NCBI GenBank assembly: GCA_963715055.1
Contig: CAVQRB010000012.1
Coordinates: 1,640 to 65,639, forward strand
DNA: 64,000 bases
DNA from: an uncultured Alphaproteobacteria bacterium
GTDB lineage: Bacteria > Pseudomonadota > Alphaproteobacteria > Rhodobacterales > Rhodobacteraceae
Direction: 5' to 3'
Shown: positions 56,658-64,000 of the stretch, piece by piece
Layout: each line of letters opens with the position of its first letter
Numbering within the stretch: position 1 is the first letter of the stretch
Notes under the pieces: model-generated
What the model saw: the letters and a program-made list of their open reading frames with translations, nothing else
What the model was told of the DNA's origin: nothing
Databases searched by the model: none
Made by a program: the position numbers and the translations under genes

Positions 56658-57503
56658 TGACTAACCCTTGTCCTAAACGTAGCATCTGAGTGAGCTACTC
56701 ACCATCTCTTGGACAAGATTTGGCGTAGTTTAAGCTACTCTTTGCACCTGCTGATCGGGTCGCCTGTCGTTTTTTCTCAGCCCATAGACCACGGAAGGAA
56801 GCCTGCCGCCAAGGGCCGAGTGTGAGCGTTGGTAGTTGTAGAAAGTCATCCATTTCCGAATGCCTGCCTTTGCTTTCGAGCCGGTCTCCCAGGCATGCAG
56901 GTAGACGCATTCGTATTTCAGGGTCCGCCACAGTCGCTCGATGGAGATGTTGTCGAGGAACCGGCCCTTGCCATCCATCGAGATACGCACCCCGGTCTGG
57001 CGCAACCGGTCCGTCCAGGCGAAAGACGTGAGCTGACTGCCCTGATCGGTGTTCATGATCTCGGGCGGACCGAACTTGTGAATGGCCTCGTTCAGCGCCT
57101 CGATGCAGAAGTTAGCCTCTAGCGTGTTCGAGATGCGCCAGGCCAAGACCTTGCGGGTGTGCCAGTCCATGATGGCGACCAGATAAAGGAATCCCTACCG
57201 TGTGGGCAGATAGGTCATGTCCGAGCACCAGACCTGTTTCGGACGATCCTCAGGCAGACCTCTCAGCAGGTAGGGATAGGACTTGTGCCCCTTCGCCGAC
57301 TTGCTGGTATTGGGCTTCTGAAAGATCGGCATCCGGCGCATCAGCCGGCGGATGCGCTTCTCATTCACCAAATGCCCTTCGTTGCGCAACCCGAGGCCTT
57401 CTGACAGCCCCGCTACGAAATCGCCCCGCCCCTCGCAAGGCAGTTCCCTTTGCAAGTCTCCGGCGTCAATCTGATTTTCTCTTACACCACCAAAGTGGCG
57501 CAC
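56658..57503 (-). mobile_element. IS3-family insertion-sequence remnant (orfB only, 5'-truncated, in-frame TAG)
   Basis: ORFs 57195..57503 and 56730..57170 join as ...VWCSDMTYLPTR-TAG-GFLYLVAIMDWHTRKV...NTDQGSQ...IERLWRTLKYE (DDE/rve core). No orfA, left end missing, right boundary approximate. Confidence 0.75.
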
Positions 57504-57670
57504 AATGAAAAATCAGGCGTTGCTGTTTCTGCTAGAGTTCAGGAACCAAGAGAATTGCCACATGAAATGTCGAAGATGCCTGTCACGAGAGTGGAGAGCG
57601 TCACAGAAGAAAGGCTCCGCCCCGACTTCGTTCGCCAAGAAATCCGGTTATCACTCACGAAGGACAAAGA

Positions 57671-58462
57671 ATGCAGCAAATCATACCGGCATTGTGGAGC
57701 AAGTCGCTGCCACTGGTGCTGTCAGCATCGACCACGTTCCTGTGCGCCGTCTCAGCTCAAGCAGACGAAGCCTATGCAATTGCGACGCTCGACAAGATGT
57801 CCGACTACCTTGGCGCGCAGACAGCCATTGCCTTTGACTTCCAGGCGACTTTGGACATCATAACTGAGGACGACCAGAAGTTGTCGATCGCCAGTACGGG
57901 GAGCATCGAACTGGGGAGGCCTGACAAACTCCACGTCAAACGCAGCGGCGGATTTGCCGCGGTTGAGTTCAGTTTCGACGGACAGGTGCTGACAGCATTG
58001 AACGTAGATGAGAAAATCTATGGGCAGGTTGAGATTCCCGGGACTGTTGAAAACCTGATCGACACGTTGCGCGAGGAATATGGCTTCCCGCTTCCAGCAG
58101 CGGATGTTCTCGTCAAGGATTTCAGTTCGCTGATGAAGCCGTTGATGACAGACGTCAAGGATCTGGGAACGGGCATCATAGACGGAACGGTCTGTGATCA
58201 CTTTGCCTTTCGAACCGAAGAGGTCGACCTGCAAATCTGGATTGCAACCGGAGATGCGCCATTTCCCTGCCGGTACACCATAACCAACAAGACAATTACG
58301 GGTTGGCCAGACTACCAGTTCGATGTCAGCAACTGGCGAACCGGGCCCACCGAGATAACTGGCAGCCTTTCTCTGCCGGAAGGCGCGAGCCGTGCAGAGA
58401 TTGACGCGGTACCTAACCTGGACGAACTCGCGGGCATTTACTCATCAGAAGGAAACAAGTGA
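57671..58462 (+). CDS. DUF2092 (LolA-like) periplasmic protein
   Basis: Signal peptide ...AVSAQA; RPDKLHVKRSGG...FDGQVLT...YGQVEIPGTVENLID...PLPAADVL pattern. Confidence 0.75.
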   Translation: MQQIIPALWSKSLPLVLSASTTFLCAVSAQADEAYAIATLDKMSDYLGAQTAIAFDFQATLDIITEDDQKLSIASTGSIELGRPDKLHVKRSGGFAAVEFSFDGQVLTALNVDEKIYGQVEIPGTVENLIDTLREEYGFPLPAADVLVKDFSSLMKPLMTDVKDLGTGIIDGTVCDHFAFRTEEVDLQIWIATGDAPFPCRYTITNKTITGWPDYQFDVSNWRTGPTEITGSLSLPEGASRAEIDAVPNLDELAGIYSSEGNK

Positions 58463-58463
58463 A

Positions 58464-58670
58464 ATGTCCAGAAGGATCATAGGCGTCATATTTGCTTTTG
58501 TTGCTGCATTCTCAACCGTTGAAATCGGTGCCTCCTACCTTGCGACCGGAAGTCTGAGCGTTGGCCAACCGGTCGAGGCCCGCGTTGGTCGTCCTTTGAC
58601 CCCGGTCAGTGTGGCAGGAGTTGGACGCCGTACAGTCAGGCGGTGCGCGGTTGGCGTTTACAACTGCTGA
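58464..58670 (+). CDS. Small membrane-anchored protein (68 aa) with Arg-rich tail
   Basis: ATG 1 nt after DUF2092 stop; N-terminal TM IIGVIFAFVAAF; tail SVAGVGRRTVRR. Confidence 0.4.
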   Translation: MSRRIIGVIFAFVAAFSTVEIGASYLATGSLSVGQPVEARVGRPLTPVSVAGVGRRTVRRCAVGVYNC

Positions 58671-59593
58671 AGTGTCATCCTCGCGATCGCGAGCAATCGA
58701 TTGCCAGGACGGACGCAGAGGGAGCAGACCGGGAGCGGCGGCTTGGCGGACTGTTTTACTTCAAGCTCAGGATACGCCAAACGCCTTAACGCCAACCGTA
58801 AAAACCCCGAGCCTCCGGCACGGGGTTTACGCACTGTCATGAAAGAAACGATCTGGCCCGTGTTCTCTGAAGAACCGAACCTGCGCAGTCACATGGCCCA
58901 AACAATCACCGGACCGTTGGGGCAGCAGGTGTCGAACGGCGCGCTACAACACCGCTCGGAAGGTCGGGATTCCCGCGCCATCCGGACTCAAAAGGCTAAC
59001 ATGAGGCGCTCGTTCTTTGGCGTTTTCTCAATCGAAATCGCGCTCGAGAAAAAGACTGCTTGGCGACACATCCGAAGCGTTCGAGAATTTCATCATCAAA
59101 CCTTCTCCGGGACCTAAACTGATTTCGACCTTGATCGTTCAGTACCATCGCCTCAAGAAGCACAGAGCCGATTTGCAGTTCGGGGGCTGCAAACAAATGA
59201 AAAATTCTGGACCTCCGAAAAGGTCATGTTGATGAACGATCCAATACCTCGCTTCGAACGCCACGCGCCGTACACGGAGTTAAGCTGTGCGAATGTACCT
59301 GTTGTGCTTTCGCGAGAAATCATCTCAATTCAAGGCAGCTTGGTGGAGACCCCAGATGTTGGCAGCAGTACGGACTGGAAAACTGACACGGTCGCTGGAA
59401 CGCTTTCTGCCTGTGCGATCCTCCGGTCAAGGACAAGGTCGAATGCGCGGCGTCCATTCCAGATGAGATTTCGGGCCGTCTGGATAGAGCCAGGGTACAG
59501 GTGGCGCACAGTAAGGACGCAAGGCGCCGTTCTTTCCTTGGCCAAGGCCGACAAGAGACGGCGAGAACCTGCGTCACGGCAGACGGTTAGAGA

Positions 59594-60613
59594 ATGAATA
59601 CGAATGGATCATTGATGAAAATTCTCAAGTACCTCTTCGTTTTTCTGGTTATACTTTTGCTTGCGGTGGCGACGGCTTGGGGTGTCCTCGCATTGTGGTA
59701 TCGGCTGCCGGTCGAGGATTGGGGCAAAATCGCGATATGCGGCGCAATGGCGCTGATCGGTGTGGTAGCCATCATCGGTCAATTCACTAACGGCCGATTG
59801 CGCTGGCTTGGCGTCTATGCGGTCGTATTTGCTGCACTGCTTTTGTGGTGGAAGACAATTGAGCCGCCGCTGGAAGGCAACTGGTCTCCGAGTGTGGCCC
59901 GTCAAGTCACCGGAACACTTGAGGGGGATATTCTGACACTTGCCAATGTGCGCGCATTTCAATGGCGAAGCGAAACCGACTTCACCGAAAAATGGCTGAC
60001 CGAAACCTATGACCTGTCCGAATTGCAGACGCTCGACATATTTCTGTCCTACTGGGGTGTTCCGCAAATGGCGCATTTCATCATGAGCTTCGGTTTTTCG
60101 GATGGTGCGTACCTTGCCTGGTCGGTCGAGGTCAGGAGGGAGGTCGGCGGCGGGTTCTCACCTGTTGCGGACTTGTTCAAGAGCAATTCATTGGTGATTC
60201 TGGCCGCAAAGGAAGAGGACGTGATCGGGGTACGCTCGAACGTGCGAGGCGAGGACGTTCACATTTTCAGGATGCGCGCCCCGCCCGAGAGCGCGCGAAA
60301 ACTCCTGGAGGAATATGTGCGCGAGGCAAATGCTATCTCTCAGACGCCGCGATGGTACAACTCGATCGCCACCAACTGCACAACGGTGATCTACAAGATG
60401 CTGTCGCTGTCCGGCCAGAAAATTCCTTTCGACTGGAGGATCGTCGCGAATGGATACCTTCCTGAGATGATGCATGAAAGAGGTGCGGTCAACACATCGG
60501 TCACGATCTCGGAACTGCGCGAACTGGGCCAAATCGCCTCCCGCGGTCAGGCTGCGGGGCTGGGCCCTGAATACTCCGAGGCAATCAGGGTAGGTGTGCC
60601 AGTGCCAAACTGA
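59594..60613 (+). CDS. DUF4105 (Lnb N-terminal-like) membrane protein
   Basis: Three N-terminal TM helices, then LSYWG...MSFGF...VEVRRE...YNSIATNCTT motifs. Confidence 0.75.
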   Translation: MNTNGSLMKILKYLFVFLVILLLAVATAWGVLALWYRLPVEDWGKIAICGAMALIGVVAIIGQFTNGRLRWLGVYAVVFAALLLWWKTIEPPLEGNWSPSVARQVTGTLEGDILTLANVRAFQWRSETDFTEKWLTETYDLSELQTLDIFLSYWGVPQMAHFIMSFGFSDGAYLAWSVEVRREVGGGFSPVADLFKSNSLVILAAKEEDVIGVRSNVRGEDVHIFRMRAPPESARKLLEEYVREANAISQTPRWYNSIATNCTTVIYKMLSLSGQKIPFDWRIVANGYLPEMMHERGAVNTSVTISELRELGQIASRGQAAGLGPEYSEAIRVGVPVPN

Positions 60614-60935
60614 CCCATGACGCGCCGATCAGTGACCAGCGACCAGCGACCGTTGATGTCCCGCATATCTTCTGGCGGGCCAGGAGATAGTCAGCACTAA
60701 CGCTCAAGAACAAACGGTTCATCCACCAGCGAAGGCCAAAAGCATCAGAGCTATTGATCAACATCCGGTATTCGGGAGCCCATCGAGGCGGCGCGGACAG
60801 CAAGTGCAAGAGAAGTGCGGTTGATTTCCAAGCCAGTGAAGAAAACGCGGTCAGATCGCTGACCCAGTCGGCAAGTTTCTGATAGATTGACATTTTGTTG
60901 GCGCGTGAAGCGAAGTGAATGGCGTTCTTTTTCAA
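60585..60935 (-). CDS. Hypothetical protein (low confidence)
   Basis: Only ORF in the 380-nt gap; overlaps the 3' end of the DUF4105 gene by 29 nt; no family recognised. Confidence 0.25.
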   Translation of the reverse strand: MKKNAIHFASRANKMSIYQKLADWVSDLTAFSSLAWKSTALLLHLLSAPPRWAPEYRMLINSSDAFGLRWWMNRLFLSVSADYLLARQKICGTSTVAGRWSLIGASWVSLALAHLP

Positions 60936-60993
60936 CTATGCTCGGCCCATGGCCCAATGAAAATGCGCACTGCCGATGTCTGGAAGGTGATAT

Positions 60994-62949
60994 ATGAAAA
61001 GCGGACCCTTAATTTCCATGGCGGCCTTTTGTCTGCTCGTGACACAAAGTAGCGCTTTGTACGCGCAGGGTCTTAGCGCGGGAGATGCAGGTTCGATTTC
61101 TGCTGACAAGATCGCGGGTTTTCACAAGACATCATCCTACTCACCTTACGCGGGTCGAAATTTCCCTTCACGGCCACTTTTCGGCGACACCCATTTGCAC
61201 ACGTCTCTTTCGCTTGACGCGGGTGCGGCGGGCGCGCGCTTGTTGCCCGCGGACGCCTATCGATTTGCCCGAGGCGAAGAAGTGACGTCTTCTACCGGAC
61301 AGCAAGTCAAACTGTCGCGGCCCCTGGATTTTCTGGTGGTGGCGGATCACTCCGACAATATGGGCTTCTTCCCGAGGCTGTTTTCCGGCGATCCGGACTA
61401 TTTGAAAGTTCCACAAGGCAAGGCCTGGTACGACATGATCAACTCCGGAAAAGGAGTTGAGGCGACACTTGAAATCATCAACGCAATGTCCACTGGCAAG
61501 TTTCCTCCCGAATTGCTTTCGATGCCCGGCGCCAAAGCATTCACGTCGGCATGGGATCAAACCATGCAGGCCGCAGAAGACTTCAATCAGCCCGGGCTGT
61601 TCACTGCTTTCATCGGGTATGAATGGACGTCGAACACGAACGCCATGAACCTCCATCGCAACGTGATTTACCGCGATGACATGACCTACGCGCGTCAGAT
61701 GGATCCATTTGTTACGCTCAAACCTTGGGGCAGTGACAATCCACGCGATCTCTGGGCTTGGATGGAACAATACGAGGACAAGACAGGTGGCGATGTGCTT
61801 GCCATCGCCCATAACGGAAATCTCTCGAACGGGCGCATGTTTCCGAAGATCGAGTCCTTCACCAACCAGCCGATCGACAAGGCTTACGCCGACGGGCGTG
61901 CGCGTTGGGAGCCACTTTACGAAATCACCCAGGAAAAAGGGGACAGTGAGACACATCCGTTTCTTTCCCCGAACGACGAGTTTGCCGACTACGAGACTTG
62001 GGATTGGGGTAACTTGAATCTGTCGGAAGCCAAGACCAAGGATATGCTGGAATTCGAGTACGTTCGCTCGGCGCTCAAGAACGGCCTGCAACTGGAAGGT
62101 GAACTGGGCGCGAACCCCTACAAATTTGGAGTAGTCGGCGGGACGGATTCTCACACAGGCTTGGCCACGGTCGAAGAAGAAAACTACTTCGGCAAGATCG
62201 CGAGCATGGAACCAAGCCCTGAACGCACCAAACGACCATTCATGCAAAGTCCGGATGGGACTCTGACAATCATGGAATACGAGGTGGCCGCGGCAGGATT
62301 GTCCGTCGTTTGGGCCACTGAAAACACCCGGTCTGCGATCTTCGATGCCATGGAGCGCAGGGAGACCTACGCCACGACAGGCCCGCGAATGACAGTGCGG
62401 TTCTTTGGTGGCTGGGACTTCGGACCTGAGGACCTGCAAAGTCGCCTACTCGCCAACGTCGGCTATGACAAAGGGGTGCCGATGGGTGGAGATCTGACTT
62501 CAGCCCCTGTTGGCAAGGCGCCTACGTTTCTGGTCGGTGCGGTACGAGACCCGATCGGTGCCAACCTCGATCGCATCCAGATCGTAAAAGGGTGGCTTGA
62601 CTCGAATGGCGATCTGCAAGAACAGGTTTTTGATGTGGTCTGGAGCGATACGGATACTCGCCAAGCGGGAAGTGACGGGAAAATTCCTGCCGTTGGTAAT
62701 ACGGTAGATGTCGAAAATGCTACCTGGTCCAATACCATCGGTGCATCGGAGCTGGCTGCAGTATGGAAAGACCCGGACTTCGATCCGACCCTTTCATCAT
62801 TTTATTATATTCGAGTTCTGGAGATTCCCACGCCGAAGTGGACAGCCTACGACGCCAAACGGTTCAATCTGGACCTGCCTGAAGATGTGCCGATGTTCTC
62901 GCAAGAACGTGCCTATACTTCTGCGATCTGGTATACACCACTCAAGTGA
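60994..62949 (+). CDS. DUF3604-domain protein (PHP-like metal-dependent hydrolase fold), secreted
   Basis: Signal peptide ...SALYAQG; FGDTHLHTSLSLDA, VVADHSDNMG, IGYEWTS, AIAHNGNLSNG motifs. Confidence 0.85.
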   Translation: MKSGPLISMAAFCLLVTQSSALYAQGLSAGDAGSISADKIAGFHKTSSYSPYAGRNFPSRPLFGDTHLHTSLSLDAGAAGARLLPADAYRFARGEEVTSSTGQQVKLSRPLDFLVVADHSDNMGFFPRLFSGDPDYLKVPQGKAWYDMINSGKGVEATLEIINAMSTGKFPPELLSMPGAKAFTSAWDQTMQAAEDFNQPGLFTAFIGYEWTSNTNAMNLHRNVIYRDDMTYARQMDPFVTLKPWGSDNPRDLWAWMEQYEDKTGGDVLAIAHNGNLSNGRMFPKIESFTNQPIDKAYADGRARWEPLYEITQEKGDSETHPFLSPNDEFADYETWDWGNLNLSEAKTKDMLEFEYVRSALKNGLQLEGELGANPYKFGVVGGTDSHTGLATVEEENYFGKIASMEPSPERTKRPFMQSPDGTLTIMEYEVAAAGLSVVWATENTRSAIFDAMERRETYATTGPRMTVRFFGGWDFGPEDLQSRLLANVGYDKGVPMGGDLTSAPVGKAPTFLVGAVRDPIGANLDRIQIVKGWLDSNGDLQEQVFDVVWSDTDTRQAGSDGKIPAVGNTVDVENATWSNTIGASELAAVWKDPDFDPTLSSFYYIRVLEIPTPKWTAYDAKRFNLDLPEDVPMFSQERAYTSAIWYTPLK

Positions 62950-63007
62950 GCAAGTCAGAGCCAAAGACCTGAGCACCCGGTATGAGCAAGGGGAACACCT
63001 CTAATCT

Positions 63008-63760
63008 ATGGAAAACAAAATGAAAAATGCCAATGTTTCCCTCGCCGCGCTGATCGGAGCACTTTGTCTTTCGACACCCGCCACCGCGCAGGAATGGTCT
63101 TTCGGAGCGACGATCTATGCCTGGCTCAACGATACCGATCTTGCCGTCGATACACCGCTCGGCGAAGTTGATGGCTCCTTGAGTTTTTCCGATGCGCTGG
63201 ACAATCTCGACATGGCGTTCATGGGCAACTTCGAAGCCAATTACGGTCGTTGGAGCTTCGTGACCGACGTGGTCTACACAGATCTTTCGACCGATGGGTC
63301 AACGCCGGTCGGGATCGCATTTACCGACATCGGCGTTGGGTCGAAGATGACCATTGTCACGGCTATCGGCGCATACCGTTTCGTCGAGACCCCGAACGTA
63401 TCCATCGACCTTGGTGGGGGCCTGCGGTACATAGAGCTCGAAAACAAAGTGTCCTTTTCCGGCGGGGCCGCGCCCGCAACGAGTTCCAAAACAACAACGG
63501 ACTGGACGGATGCCATCTTGGCGGCCCGTTTCACCTTCCCGATTAACGATCGGACGGCAGCTCGGCTTTTCGTCGACTATGGCGGTTTCGGCGGAGATAC
63601 GTCTTCGTGGCAGGCTTTTGCGGGAATTGGGTACAGAGTTTCCGACAATGTCATCCTTGAAGCAGGTTACCGTTACCTTGAATTTGAGAAGGACGCAGGA
63701 GCCAACCAGACGACGGTCGACCTTTCCGGCCCTGCGTTTGGTTTGACCTACAGGTTCTGA
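63008..63760 (+). CDS. Outer-membrane beta-barrel protein (OmpW/porin-like)
   Basis: Signal peptide ...TPATAQE, alternating amphipathic strands, C-terminal ...GLTYRF. Confidence 0.8.
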   Translation: MENKMKNANVSLAALIGALCLSTPATAQEWSFGATIYAWLNDTDLAVDTPLGEVDGSLSFSDALDNLDMAFMGNFEANYGRWSFVTDVVYTDLSTDGSTPVGIAFTDIGVGSKMTIVTAIGAYRFVETPNVSIDLGGGLRYIELENKVSFSGGAAPATSSKTTTDWTDAILAARFTFPINDRTAARLFVDYGGFGGDTSSWQAFAGIGYRVSDNVILEAGYRYLEFEKDAGANQTTVDLSGPAFGLTYRF

Positions 63761-64000
63761 AACGCAAGCTCTCCGCCGTCCCTGTCATTCCGATGAGGCG
63801 ATTTCCATCAAGCACTTGGCATCCGCTCAGGCTGCATCGAACCGGTTCTTGTCCCAAAGATGTTCGAATGACCGCGCGCGCATCTTGATATCTGGGTGCG
63901 CGCACGGTGTTCGTACGCGATCAGAAACCTGCCTGACCCCAGGTTTGCTATTGCGACAGAATAATTCCGGTCGCTCCGGTTATCGTCGCGCCCCCGACAT

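Noticed and set aside
58700-59593. Fragments on the minus strand that vaguely resemble an AraC-type regulator (…SFSRARF…, …LLEAMVL…)
   Set aside because: The fragments lie in different frames, are short, and show no clean HTH motif. I cannot support a pseudogene call without a search.
1-64000. CRISPR arrays, rRNA genes, intact prophage or integrase, toxin-antitoxin pairs, recognisable phage-defence genes
   Set aside because: I scanned both strands for regularly spaced repeats, rRNA-like conserved blocks, tyrosine or serine recombinase motifs, and small paired ORFs. I found none.

Overview
High-GC chromosomal segment that looks alphaproteobacterial (Rhodobacteraceae-like) from gene content and strong GC3 codon bias.

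Gene order:
- (1) hisH'-hyp-DUF2147-hisA-hisF-hisE, then a CoA-binding protein, a Zn-ribbon protein, a TrmH-family methyltransferase and tRNA-Tyr(GTA).
- (2) A small arsenic island with an ACR3 efflux pump, an ArsP-like permease and ArsR with a perfect palindromic operator.
- (3) A peptide-type ABC importer plus M19 dipeptidase operon.
- (4) About 1.5 kb of decayed DNA carrying a frameshifted SDR pseudogene.
- (5) A divergent orphan locus at 16.9-25.7 kb. On the minus strand is a 3-gene operon: unknown beta-rich protein, an SCP2-like::polyprenyl-synthase fusion, and a small unknown protein. It sits back-to-back, across a 138-bp AT-rich control region, with a plus-strand 6-gene operon in which I recognise no protein family. 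This is my best candidate for an undescribed system.
- (6) About 25 kb of sugar/polyol catabolism: two Dak-type kinases, Gfo/Idh/MocA oxidoreductases, xylose-isomerase-like TIM barrels, a class II aldolase, an SDR, a LacI-controlled ABC sugar importer, a UPF0261 + PEP-hydrolase-like pair, a PfkB kinase, a cupin, FucU, and RpiB/TpiA paralogues.
- (7) A phn (C-P lyase) cluster with an internal deletion that joins the phnD signal peptide to the last 42 codons of phnJ.
- (8) A truncated IS3-family transposase carrying an in-frame amber codon.
- (9) A visibly lower-GC island encoding DUF2092, DUF4105, DUF3604 and an outer-membrane beta-barrel protein.

I saw no CRISPR array, rRNA or intact mobile element. 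All family assignments come from reading motifs by eye; no searches were run.
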